From positions 114,886,001 through 114,950,000 of the forward strand of contig JBITNC010000001.1 of assembly GCA_050084985.1 (NCBI GenBank): a stretch of 64,000 nucleotides of DNA, in the 5' to 3' direction. The notes under the pieces were generated by a model. It was given only the letters and a program-made list of their open reading frames with translations. It was not told the DNA's origin and made no database searches. This stretch comes from Nageia nagi (lineage: Eukaryota; Plantae; Pinophyta). Made by a program: the position numbers and the translations under genes. Below are positions 14,100 to 27,570 of the stretch, one piece after another. Position 1 is the first letter of the stretch; the number at the start of each line of letters is the position of its first letter.

Positions 14100-15530
14100 C
14101 AGTTTCACATCTGGAGTCCCAATCTGTTAACCCATTCACGCTAAAGCTGAAAACACAGGACTTACATAGTTCTGTAGTCCTCCAGTTGTTTGTCCGCACT
14201 GTAGTTCTATGTTGGCCTTGAATATACTGTCTTCTTTGCACTCTTCATAATATTCTTGAGAAATTCTATATTACAGTATAAATGGGTTTCTGCCATGGAC
14301 CTGTCAGCTATTCTGTGCTTAGTACCAAAAGAATCTTGCTGATGCCATTTCAACGTTGTCTCAAAGTGGGGCAGTGGAGCTAGCTTCTCTTAGCAAAAGA
14401 GTTTCATCTAATGCTTTTTCACTTTTGAGGAAAGGCTTAACAAAACAATATACTTTCCCCTCATCAACACTACCAACACAACCTGTCCATGCCCAAAACA
14501 AAAGTGATCCCTCGGATGAATCAGTACAGCTTTCCAAAAGCTGTTTACATATAGCTACTGCAACTTGTGCATCATCTACTCGAGTAACATAAGGTAATGT
14601 TACTTTTCCATTGACATCATGTTCTGTTAGTTGGAAATCACCATAACTATGTCACTATGGTCTCCGCAGGATACCATTTCCAATGTTGTTTGACCAAAAA
14701 AATCAATCTCTCTAACACATTTTGTTACTTTATCATTGTCATCCTTTTCTAGTCCCTTGACTTTAAGTGTACGTCCACATGTCGATGGTCACTTTTTCCT
14801 TATGCCTCTATGCAAAGAACACTTATCTACAGCATTACTTGCTTCACTTAGAAATGACTATGCTGAAGTAACAAAATATGTTAAAGAGACTCATTTTTGG
14901 GTCGACCAATTGCTATCCTGTGGAGACCATAGAAACATAGTGAAGGCGCTCCTCAATAAAGCAGAGTGGGATCCACTCAAAGAACATGATGTTAATGGAA
15001 AAAAAGCATCACCTTATGATGCTCAAGTGAACAATCCAAAAATTGCATTAGCCATATATGTAAACAGCTTTTAGAAAGTTGCAATGATTCATCTGAGCGA
15101 TCACTTTCGTTGTGGGCATCAGCAGATGTCATTGGCACTGCTGATAAGAAAAAAGTGTCTAGTTTTGTTAAGACCTTCTGGGAAAGTGAAAAGGCATGAG
15201 ACAAAACTCATTTGCCAAGAGAAGCTGCACTTCAAGATAATGTTGAAATGGCGTAAGGGAAAATCTCCCGGTACTAAGTGCAGAATGGCAGGTCTGTACT
15301 GCAGTATAGAACTCTAGAAGAGAATTAAAATTAGTTTTGAATGACAAAATGTTATGCTAAAGTGGTTCAAACCTTGAAAACCAAGTTGAGGATTTTAGAA
15401 TTGCTAAAGAAAGTTTTAAAGAGGGCAAGGAAGAAAGTATATTCAAAGCCAATACAGAACTACAGCACGGACGAACAGCTTGAGGACTGCACAACCATCT
15501 AAGTTTTGGGAGCACGGAGATGGAACTGCT
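14100..15530. repeat. Long diverged inverted repeat (arms ~14100-14745 and ~14850-15530) of coding-like sequence
   Basis: Colinear reverse-complement blocks, e.g. aaaagctgtttacatat (14536) / atatgtaaacagctttt (15056), ctatggtctcc / ggagaccatag, ccatttcaac / gttgaaatgg, gaatatact / agtatattc. Confidence 0.85.
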
Positions 15531-17488
15531 CTTATACCAGTGAAGATATTACTAGTACAAGCAATTGTATCAATACAATATACTGAGTTAAGTTAGTTTG
15601 TTACATGTATGCCTGAATTGTTTCATACATATCTAATGTGTTGCTCTTGGACTACCACAAGATTTAAGGTACAAAGTGTGCCTTCTAGACAACATGACCA
15701 GCTTCTTGGCCTATGTCTTGACTAATCAATGAATAGATCTGAACGAGCTTGCCTCCAATCATTGATATAATAAATGCACAGCCCACAACTCCAATGAATT
15801 GAGGGCTTAATCATTAAATTCATCTTAAACAAGTACTTCTCGGTACTATACTTGTGTCCAGGAGTATCAAATTAAACCCTAGGCCCCATTGCAGACAAGG
15901 AGATCACTTGTATAAGAAGACTAAACTTTCCTCTCAATATTTAGATAAAAATTGCATCTAGGTCGCCTCTCATGGTACAAAAATATAGCAGTGTTATGCC
16001 TCACGTGTTGAAACAAAGAATAATGCTGATGCTAAGCCCCACCTCTAAAAACATTATATAGACCATGATTGGGCCCCATCATAGGACAAGGAAATATACC
16101 AAACTTTAGTTCCTTCTTAGGAAAAGGAAGTGTCCCACATCTATGCCCATTTTGAGCACAGAAAATACTAGCACCAAGTGCCATTATTTGTGAAAGAAAT
16201 AAAACATATCTGACCCTCTTTTAAAGAAAGTAAAGCAGAGCACTTAACAATAGCCTAATTAATCATTCATTTAAAGTAAATAAATAAAAGATAATGTGAA
16301 AATAATCAATGCAGCCAACACAGCAGATGATAAAGTCAAGGCAGCAGCATCCTTAGTCGACAAAGTCCAACAAAAATCTTTTTGGGTCAATGCCGAAAAT
16401 TAGGCATTCAAATGAAGGTCAGCACAGGCCTAGACTTAGACTCAACACACCTTCCCATGTCATCTAAACGACAACATCAGTTTTATGTACTGTACTCCAA
16501 ATACCTTTTTGGAGCATCCAAGGTTAGCATAGTTAACGCGAGGGAAATGAATAGAATGACTCATTTATGGAAGTCACTTCACATCATTCATACAATATTA
16601 CTAGTGAACCTAAAGTTACAAGCTACCCGTTAACCTATCCAACATTTCGCTTAATGCAATGCATGAATAAGCCTGTATGAAAGGGTACTCCTGAACAATG
16701 AAATACCTACAAAACTATGCAACAACCTAAAAACAAGTCTTACATTCAATTGAGACATCTTGTGATGTTCCAATACTTAATATGCAAAGCACAAATAGGC
16801 TGCATACATAAACTCATTGAAAACTGACCTCCTATCTCCTCTCCAATGACCAAAAGAGATTAGCATCAACAAAAAATTTGAAATTCTTTTTATTGATTAT
16901 CATTCCTTAATAGAGTGCATACATCAACAAAAGTTCACCTACCTCTTGGGTTGAGATCGTTCCTTGGACAGTTTCAAGTGTGTTCTCATTAATTGACGAT
17001 AGAGACAGATCACCATCTCACTCGAGATTTGCAAGTTTTCCACTTGTACTCCCTAGAAACCAAGTGTGAAGAACACTTCATCTTCCAATCTTCAGTCTAC
17101 TATGACATGAAAGGCCATTACCATTGTCTGTTCCGAGACGCACACAGTTCATTGTCCACTTTCTTCTTGTATCATGATCAATAGTGCTTAGCTCTTTACA
17201 TCAAAGATGCCTCCCTTACACGGAAGCACCTCCTATCTTGCACACAACATCCGACAAAGATTCATCGTATTACACCTTCCGAGCTGCCTCGTCCAAGGAT
17301 ATTTGTAAGAGACAGTAGGATGACCACCCACTTACTACATGTCATATGAGGAGGCATCTTCGGGACTCAAAGTGCCATTAAGGACTCAACCAATCACATA
17401 TTTTTCCTCCTACAACATTTCCTTGGACACAATCCACAATGATCCACAATGAGCTCTAGCCCCCAAGGTGGAGAGCATCTACACACTC

Positions 17489-20400
17489 TATAATGTCCTA
17501 TTTTAATTTAGTTTTGTAAATATGAGTCTAAGGAGTGTTTTAATTTATTTTTAAAGGTTGTTACATCTTATTTTAATAAAGTGACTAAAAATTAAAAAAT
17601 AAAGTCACTTAAGTATTAGAATTTAGCATGTGCTCAAATATGTGTTTTAAATTGTTTAGCAAGATTAAGTCACAACCATTGATTTAAAATCAGATCAAGG
17701 GTTGAGATCAAGTGTTCATTAGGATTATGTTATGATGAGGAGATGATTTAATTTCAGCCACTCATTTAGATCTCATCAAAGGCTAAGATTAGATCTCACT
17801 TTAAGTTTTGATATAAAAAAGAAAATAGGGTTTCATTATAAGGCAACTAATTTAGAAAATAGGTTTGAAAAGAATCACTCTAAGGCCTTAGCTTGTTTGC
17901 TAAGGATTTTTAGAGGGGTTCCCATGAGATCTGATCTAATCGAGGTTGGAGGAGAAATCTGAAGACTTTCTACCCCACTTGAGGCAAATCCACACCTAGG
18001 TCTGCAATTGCATTTCATTACATAAGGACAACATTTCTACAACTTAAATCTGCCATGGTTGAGGACTGAAAATTGACATTGAAGATCATCAGATTTGGGG
18101 AGGATTGGAACATAGATCAAAGTTTGGTGCATTTCACTTTCAGGCTTTCTTTGTTTGTTTGGTCTATTTCAGTATTTAACCGTTTTTTAGCATGTTTTCA
18201 AGTGTGATTGTAATGTTCCTATTTTTTTAGGTGTTTTCCCCATTTCACCTCTAATAAATGGGAACATTAATTTAGGTCTGATTTTGTATAATTTGGTAGA
18301 ACTTGGCCAAAATAATGTAAATTCCACTTATAGACGTAGTAAAGCTTTAATTATGAAATAAATGGCCATTTTATTTATTTATTTTGTATTTAGTTAATTA
18401 CTAAATGCAAATAATGATGTATTCATAATATCAAGGCAATTATATTCGTAAATGCAATATTGGTCTCCTTAAAAGAGGCATTGCATATTTTAGCCTTGAC
18501 GAATGTAATATTGGCATTTAATGTATCTCTAATCATTAATGCTCCCCTCTTCGAGGTAAAGCATCCCTCTAGGTGATTGCACTAACTATGATGTCATTTG
18601 GAGCTCCAAAGTTGGACCTAGCACTTCAAACTAGGCTTTGGCGATCTCAAGGCAAGTGGATGGCTCCCTAGCATGGACGTTGGGCAGGTGAGAATCCCCA
18701 AACCCCACGCTGGCCCTCATTGGCATTTAGACCTATGGCATTAATCATGAGGCGCTTTGGCATCACACCCTCTTGGGCGTTGGCATTCCTAGCCCTTAGA
18801 TGTGATTTCATTCATTCCAAAGCTTCTCGTCTTGGACGTTGCAAGCATCAGCACACAAATCACATCTCTCCATCGTTAGATCGTCTCAATGCAAGATTAT
18901 AAGATCACTATCGCTTATAAAAGGAGGACACTTAGTCATTATGAAATATGTTGATTATTGTTATTAAAACATTTTATTTGGATTGAGTGGAGACTCTATC
19001 TTTGCCATTTGTAATGCAACCTGCATTTGAGGTTTAGAAGGGATAAGAGGCTACCCTTGAACTTACTCTAGCCATCCTGAGAGGAACGTTGTTGGTTCCA
19101 TCACAGTTGCTACAGAGGAGACCTAGTTTGCACCTCACTACTTCTGAGATTGGCAAGGCCCTAGACCATCCAACATAACCCTATTGGAGTTAGTCTAGAT
19201 ACAAGCTCCTTAGGTAGATAAAAATACTGTAATTGCGTTGTTCTTGTCATATTGAATACAATTACATTTTGCCATCAATACCATGCTATATGTCTCTCCG
19301 TGCTTGGAAATTGGATTTGCAAGCATAATTACACTATCAAATTGTTATTTTCCCTTTCAAGTTGCAACATTGGATCTATAGTGATATTTCCATTACTTAC
19401 TTCCTGTTTTGGCTCCTTAGCTAAAACGTTGGGTTTGTGGAATAGTTTTGCATTGTTGAAGTTACTATTTTGCTCCCTGACTGAACAATTGGAATACTGT
19501 AGGTATTTGTTTGCGTTATTATCATATTTGCTCATCATACCTAGAGGTTGGGTTTGAAGGTATTTTCTGCAAGTTCGATTTCATATTTGTCATTCCTAGC
19601 AAGTCATTGGATATTTTGTGCATGACTTAGCTTGTTTGGAGCTATTCTAGAGCTAGAAACCAAACGTCCCTCTCCTAGGGCATGTTTGAGGAATGAGCCC
19701 TAGAATAGCTCATCACAGATATATGGTGTTTAGCTAGGATTTTGCCCATGTGATGAGTGTACTTCCTTCTCTTGATGAATAAAATTGTTAGGTACTCAAA
19801 TATGATTTTTCTAAGACATATATGCATGTATTTTCAATCATTAATTCAGATTTGATAACAAGGGTTTTAAGTTGTGCAAATCGGATTTTTATTTTAGATC
19901 TCCAGCTCTTTCAATATTTTATTTCATATCTACAATTAGGGCTTGATTTGAGTAGATATGCTATCTAGGGTTGAATTAAAATTATGATCTACAGAATTTT
20001 AGGGTTGTTGAATTGAGAAGGGTTTGGATTTGACCAAATTTACATATCTAGGGTTTCATTTTTAGTTCGACACATTTCAATGTATCAGAGCCAAGATCTT
20101 TCTAGCCTGTGAGTAGATTTGGTAAATTTGGCAATTATTCTGAGGAGATTTGGTAGATCTAAATAGATCCACAAGTAATGTGAATAGATCTATTGGATTT
20201 AAAAATTTTGCGATTGGATCTATTAGATTTGTAGGTTTTGTCAATAGATCTGAAAGTTTAAGATCAGATCTAGGGTGATCTAAAAAGTTGATAAGCAGTT
20301 AAAAAAGTCAATGGATTCCCTAATTGAAGAGGCGGATGTCCTAATGAAGAAGTTGGATCCCACATATTTTACCAGGAAGGAGATGACAACACTTTGGGAA

Positions 20401-23400
20401 AGATTTCTTAAGACGCCAAAAAGTTTTCAGGAAAGAGTAAGTTTTTAGGAAAGAGTAGAGTTTGATGGATTTGTAAATCTGCAAACCAAAAGAAAACCTT
20501 GTGGAGGTGATAAGAGAAAAGATTTGTCTCAAAAACTTGCCAAATTTTAACCTACACAGGCAATTCATGTTGATGATAGATCAGTTGTTCATTCTTCACC
20601 ATCATGGTTGAGTTCCTTGCTAGGAAAGCCAAGCACATATAAATTTGAAAATGGAGAAGACGAGCTTCAGGAAAAACAAATAAATCACAAATCAGATATG
20701 GATCTTGTGGCAAAGAATGAGGATCCTAAGTTGAAAAAATGTTGCAAAAAGGACACATGGGGTGAAGAGCATTGCAATCGCTCCCTTGACCAAATGGAGG
20801 GAATGGATCAAAAAATCAAGAAAAAATTACATGGATCTGAAGTTAAAACAATAACATCAGATTTATGTGAATATAGAGCTGATCCTGAACTTGAGCCTAG
20901 CATGAAAGATAGCAAGAGTTGCAAGGAGGAGAATACCATGTCAGATTTGAAGAGAGATGTGGGAAATAGAGTTGAGGTCACTAAGAGCATCCCATTTTCA
21001 TTTTCAGCCCTTGAAGAAGAGCACTCAGATTTGGATGACCTAGAGAGGAGCATTGCAAATCCAAATCAAGCACTATCAGCTTTGGGAAGAAACATACACC
21101 CTTTGAAGCATCACTTGTGCCATCTTAAGAGTTCAAACAATCATAAAAGTGTTGCGAAAGGGTATGGAATTATATGTGAATTTTATGACAGCAGTCTACC
21201 ATCGTTTGAAGGTTTAGAACATTTGATTAAAAAGGTTCCAATTCTAGGAAGAGACGTCCCCTCTCTAGACAACCATGGATATTGTGAGGTATGGAACAAT
21301 TTATGATTTCATTTGGAGTAATGACAGTAGTGGTTTACTAGGAGATGGCCTTAGAAAGGTTAGAAAAGAAGGGATCCTTTTGCTTTTGAATTGGTTGGCT
21401 GTCAATAAAGGAGTGAATGTTGTTTGGCACACCCAAGAAACTGTCCAAACAATATCTAACAACACAATCTTAGGGACATTGGGAGCACTCCCTTTGATGA
21501 AGCTAGGGGCTGCCAACATTGGGGAGAAGGATGTTGCATCCTTGGAGGGCAGAACACATGTTTGGAAGGATGCCAATGACGTTATAGTAAGGACTGTAAT
21601 TTCTGTCACTCTTGGGACTGCATTAAATTATGTATGGGCTGCCACGTATGAAGGCATTCTTTACGAATGATTTGAAGGCTGCTATTGACCGATCCAAGGC
21701 TGCAATTAATGATTCATTCACTGCTGCATATGGTGTGAAGTTTAAGACTGTAATTGACATCTTGGAGACTGTTTCAGTAGCTACTGCTAACTCATTATGA
21801 ACTGCAATTTTGAGTGTACCTATTGTTGTACTCACTGAGTTTTGGACTGAAGTAGTGAAGACATTTGCTGCTGTACAGCTGTTGATTTCTGAAACATTTG
21901 CTGCTGTACAGCTGTGGCATGATGAGTTGACATATGATGATGTATCCTTGACAAGTTGTTGGGCTGAATTTTGGATTGAAATGACTGCATTCATAATGCC
22001 ATTTGGGACTGTTCCTGTTGAGTTGTCTTATGGACAACAAGGACAAAACCTTTGATGATGTATATTGTTGCATTTTGGTGGACATTCACAGGTGTCACAT
22101 TGATTTGGTTTTTGGACTGCATCTTTGATAGAATCTACCGTTGTATTCTTGTCATTTCGGACAGCAGTCTTAGGAGTGCCTACAGCTAAGGTGTTGAGAC
22201 TGTGGGCTACATCATGGATAAGATCAACTGCTGCAATTTTGACACTTTGGGCAGTCATTGCGAGAGTGACTTTTGCGGATGTATTGATGACTGTTATAGC
22301 CATATTTGTTGTGGTGTTGAGAAATGCCATTTTGACGTCATTTGGGGCAGCATGTTTGATGAGGAAAGCAACATACTACTTGGTATATGGGACTGAGTTG
22401 ATGATGATGGGGGCCACACTCTGTCTCAGATGTGTGTTCCTTATAGCTGCTGCATCTTTCATCACATTGTTTGGTTTTCCTTGGGTTGCATACTTCATGA
22501 TGATGTCCCCTTGGACACTTCAACCTGAGTTTGTTTGGCTAAGAAAGACCGCATGTAGGGAGCTTGATGCGTCTTTGAGGATACTTGGAGTATTGTATCT
22601 CTACATGTTGATTATGTTGCTTTTGCACCCTTGTTACTCTTGCCAAGAATAAGAGAGTGGTGCGTCGGCAGAATGGTGGACCTACTTCTTTGACATTAAT
22701 CTGGGACCTTGAGATCACAGTTGGCTTTAGCTTCGTGATGATGAGATTGTGTTGGCATTTCTTGAAGACAAGCAATTTTGAAGGGGTGGATTTGTAATGT
22801 CCCATTTTAATTTAGTTTTGTAAATATTAGTCTAAGGAGTGTTTTATTTTATTTTTAAGGGATGTAACATCTTATTTTAATAAAGTGACTAAAAACTAGA
22901 AAATAAAAGCACTTAAGTATTAAAATTTAGCATGTGCTCAAATAGGTACTTTAAGTTGTTTTGCAAAATTAAGTCACAACCATTGATTTAAAATTAGATC
23001 AAGGGTTGACATCAAGATTTCATTAAGGTTGTGTTATGATGAGTAGATTATTTAATCTCAATCACTCATTTAGATCAAAGGCTAAGATTAAATCTCACTT
23101 TGAGTTTTGATATAAAAAGGCAAATAGGGTTTCATTGTAAGGTGGCTAATTTGAAAAATAGATTTGGAGAGCATTGCTCTTGGGCCTTAGCTTGTGTGCT
23201 GAGAATTTTCAAAGGGCTTCACATTAGATCTGATCTAATGGAAGTTGGAGAAGAAATCTGAAAACTTTCTACCTTACTTCAGGCAAATCCACATCTAGGT
23301 CTGTAATTGCATTTCATTGTTTGAGGAGAATATTTCTACAACCCAGATCTACAACGGTTGAGAACTGAAAATTGCCATTGAAGATCATCAAATTTGGGGA

Positions 23401-23900
23401 GGATTGGAACATAAATCAGAGTTTGGTGCATTTCATTTTTAGGCTTCCTGTGTTTGTTTGGTCTATTTCAGTATTAAGGGTTTTCTAGCTTGTTTTCAAG
23501 AGTGATCTATGGTATTTAGCTAGGGTTTGAGAAGATCGGTATCATGCATGCCCATGTGATGATTGTACTTGCTTCTCTTGACAAATAAAATTGTTAGGCA
23601 CTCATATATGATTTTTCTAAGACACATCTGCATGTATTTTCAGTCATTAATTCAGATCTGATAACAAGGGTTTTAAGTTGTGCAAATCTGATTAGTGATT
23701 TTTATTTCAAATCTACAGTTCTTTCAACATTTTATTTCAGATCTGCAATTAGGGTTTTGATTTGAGTAGATACGCTATCTAGGGTTTGACTAAAATTATG
23801 ATCTGCAGAATTTTGGGGTTTTTGAATTGAGAAGGGTTTGGATTTGAGCAAATTTGCATATTGAGGGTTTCATTTTCAATTCGGCAGTGGGAACATTTCA
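17489..23900 (+). mobile_element. Non-autonomous gypsy-derived LTR element (LARD-like): 5' LTR 17489-20079 with nested insert, 3' LTR 22793-23900
   Basis: Two colinear LTRs (t[a/g]taatgtcc...catttca), Met-tRNA-like PBS tgtatcagagcc at 20081, 'LEDKQF*' tail and PPT gaaggggtgga at ~22780. No RT or integrase is recognisable in the 2.7-kb interior. Confidence 0.85.
18209..19717 (+). mobile_element. Solo LTR nested in the 5' LTR of the LARD-like element
   Basis: A TGTAATG...CATCACA block absent from the 3' LTR at the homologous gtgat/ctatgg site. Internal TATAAAAGG; TSD degenerate. Confidence 0.75.
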
Positions 23901-25235
23901 CTCTTTCTCAGTGAGGCTTTATAGGTGAGGCTCAAATATGATTTGTATTTTTTGCCTTATGTCATACTTATCGAATCTGTTAGGGTTTGATCCCTCTATG
24001 TTTAGCCTTTTTTGCTTTATGTTATTTATGCTGTAGATATAGGGTGGGCCCTTTAGGGGCTTTGTTGGTTACTCCACTATTTCTTGTACACAATAGTCCC
24101 ATTGACCGCTTTTGGTTACCTGTGAACTTTAATGTATTTCTTTCTTTCTTTCTTAATATTTGCCTCATTTATCTCCTATCTCTTTTCTGAATACAAAATG
24201 TTAGTCTAAAAAATACATGCAACCTTTCCAGTTGCCTTATATGTATATTCTTGGGCCCTAATGCCACTCTGGGTTTGGGTCTTAAATCATTGTAAACCTA
24301 TTGGACACATAAATATCATATGTAACAACTGACAAAGACAACAGATAAAGCCACATACTGAAGGGAAATTAAACTTTACTGGTATAAGTCATGATGCAGC
24401 ATCTGTAATATTTAATTTATTGTAACTAAGATAGCAAAAGTACATATGTATCTAATAGAGTGGTTACATTGAGCAGGATACATATAAAATATAAAGGTTA
24501 CAGTTGCACGGTATTTATAGTCAATCATGGTTCCCTGAAACATCCATAATATGTATGCTGCTGAGACATAAATGCATGGTTGTGAATCTGCCAGTCCTAC
24601 AAATAATCGTTTAGAAATTTCTTGAAGGAGATCTACATTGCAAACATAGAAAGTTTCTAGCTGCAGTATTACATGATCTCTACACTAATAAGCCTGCAAC
24701 AGGCAACATTCATAGACATGAATGTGTGCTAAGTACAGATACATGCCTGTTGATGCAGATTCGTGCTTCTAACAGTGCCTGACAATTTATAGGCAAAAAG
24801 GTTTCAAACATTTGCAATAGCTATTGACAGGCACTTAATAGCAAACTTTAATGATAATAATAACTCTGCAAAATTGCAAATGAAAAAAAATACACCTCTA
24901 ACAAAACTGCAGTTGCATAAGTCTCTATGTGACATTGATAAGAAGGCAGATTCTATCATCCTTCAAATGAAGTTCAATTGCATGAACAAATAACACTAGT
25001 TTATTTACAAATACAAAGTTTTGGCTGGCAAGACGCACCCGTTTTACTTACATATGACAAATGACTATTATTATTTTCAAGAATTGATGCAAAAAAACAA
25101 AACAGTCTGATCATCTAGTATGATTGTTTCCTGTAGTACAGTCTCTATAATTTTGGATCTAAAGCTAGTATTTTTTTATCATTATAATAAACATTTTAGA
25201 ACTTGAATTGAGAATGAAATAATATAATTACAGGA

Positions 25236-25720
25236 TTGGAGCGAAGAATTGAGCATAAGGAACAACACCCTCGGAAGGAAGCTCGGTGGAGATTCCCTCC
25301 CGACGGATGGTTGGCCATAAACTTTGACGGTTCTTCGAAAGGTAATCTGGGTCCAGCTGGAGCCGCGGGAGTTATTAAAGACCATCTAGGGGAGAGTAAG
25401 ATGTTGGTGGCAGAACCGTTGGGGCATCAGACGAGCTACTTTGTGGAGGCTAGAGCGGAGTTCATCAATATGTCCATGATTAGCAGATTTGATTGTGTTA
25501 AATGGGTCATCACGGGGGATTCATTGAATGTTATCAACTTACTAAAAGGCAACTCCCTGCCAAGATGGGACATCGATAATATGTGGAAGAAGCGAGGCGC
25601 ATTATAGATAAGGTGGAGGAAATCAATTTACTCCATGATTATAGGGAAGCTAATCACATGATGAATTAGCTAGCTGATGAGGCTGTGAATTTGGACGAAC
25701 GAAAAGTCTGGGAAGCTGAT
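25236..25720 (+). pseudogene. Plant L1 ORF2 C-terminal RNase H domain (frameshifted)
   Basis: ORF 25236-25607 continues in another frame as LLHDYREANH..*LADEAV. Confidence 0.85.
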
Positions 25721-26451
25721 TTCCCGGAGAGGTACGAGTTACTGGCAAAGGAGGATTGGGATGAAGCCCATAGATGAAGTTAGAAATTACCACAATTTGG
25801 GGTGGCAGATGAATTTGAATTTCAAAACATGGAGGGAGAGATTGGGCAGGAGTTCCGAGACTAAGCGACCGAGCCAGAGTGAGGTGGAGGTGATGAGCTA
25901 GAAGAGGGGGACCCACTGGAAGTTACATTGGACAAGGTGTCACTTGTAAGGCACACGTTTATAGGTAGGATGAAGTGGACAAGATGGCAGGACGAGATAG
26001 CTGACAGAGTGGGGAGATCCAAGCTCTGTCGTGGTTTTGATGCATCTAGGATGGCTTACACAATTGAGCGTAGGGAGGGATACGTCACCAGATTCCGAGG
26101 AAGAAAAAGCAAGTAGTTACCTTTTCCAAGGGGGAAAAGACGTGACCTTCCATAATGTCACCAACCTCCCGATCCAATGGGCGTCAGGCAGAAAGCCGAG
26201 GTGGAAGGCAAAAATAAGAGGAGGGACACGCACAATCTATCCAAGCAATGGAGGGGATCATGTTGTACATAGGAGCACTTACTCCGATAGTCTTGTCAAA
26301 AGAAGTCATGTTAAGTGAACCTACGAGCTCGAGATGGGAGGTGGCCAGGTTATTTGTTCAGAAGGAGGTTTGAGTGCATGCAGCAGAAGATCTGGAGATC
26401 ATTTGCCATGGCACTGAAACGAAAGGTTGGTGCTGAGAAACAGATTCTCGC

Positions 26452-27570
26452 TTGAAGCCAAGCAAGATGGACGTTTCCCCTACTGTGAGGAACATCCTAG
26501 AATTTGGGGGGCTGTTAAATTTTCTTGAAAAGTTTGAGGGACACAATGAAGACATTTCCAGGCAATTCCTAGAGATATGGAGAGGAGGGGTGGTTAAGGT
26601 CTTCGATATCGAATTCCAAGTGAATCAAAAACTGTTGGTGGAGGGCGGAGGTGACTAGGCTATTGATGATAGGCGAAACGTTGAGGAGCGATAACCATAT
26701 GAAGACAAAATTGGCCAAATTCTGCAAGGGAGGTCCGGAGTTGGAGAGGGAGAAATAGGGCATGGTTGCCCGATCATCCCTACCCGAGCCATGGCTGGAA
26801 GTGACGAGGATCATTATGCAATTCATAACGTTGGATACAACTAATCTGTGGGCCAAGAGCTTTCACTTTGGCTTCTTGAATCATCTTAAAGGGTCGAAGA
26901 TGAACATTCCAAACTTCCTGTATGTTGAATTGGATAAAGCAGCAGAGGATTATCAAAAGAGTAATGGTAGTGAGATGAACCACCAGGGATTAATCCTTAT
27001 GGTGTTTAAATTTATTACCAGACAAATGGGCATGGTTGATAGCTTCAAGTGGGTTGGGTCAGAGGCACTGCAAGCGTTGATGGGCAAGGAAGATAAACAG
27101 CCCGTGTCTTCAAAGAAGAATAGGAGAATTAAATTTGAGGACGAAGAGTGGAAATCGGCCTTTATCGAAGGGAGTGGAAGGAGGTCCCTTTCGTGCATGG
27201 ATAAGAAAGGAGTCGTGTCTGTTGAAGACTCGAACTCAAAGGCGATCCCGGAGGAGATCGAGAAGGCGGAGCGAGCAATGGAAAAGTTAGTGGAGATAGA
27301 AGGATCCCTAAAGGAGCATGAAGGCATGGAGGGGGACCCGGAGGAGCTCAATCTTGAAGGAAAGTTGGGTCTGGAAGGAGAAGACTCGCTGGAAGAAACG
27401 CAACAAGAGGAGATTCCGATCAGAGGAAAGCAAGGTGGTCTCGGGGTGGAGGCAAGGTGGTAGGGAGCCCGGGGAGCAGTATCCTAGGGTTGATTAGTTC
27501 GGCAAAGCACTTGCTAGTAGCGTTGGGCAAGATTGTGCATGAAGTGGAGCTCGAGGAGCGCAAAAAGTGA
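26452..27570 (+). pseudogene. Extra LINE-borne ORF (~370 codons, disrupted), resembling plant transposon accessory proteins
   Basis: ORFs 26452-26658 and 26762-27463 join through a +1 shift at ~26645 (…VNQKLLVE/AEVTRL…REK*GMVARSSLPEPW…FITLD…HQGLI…). Acidic C-terminus. Confidence 0.6.

Noticed and set aside
16920-17480. Gypsy RNase H/integrase remnant
   Set aside because: Only faint motif similarity; too decayed to support by eye.
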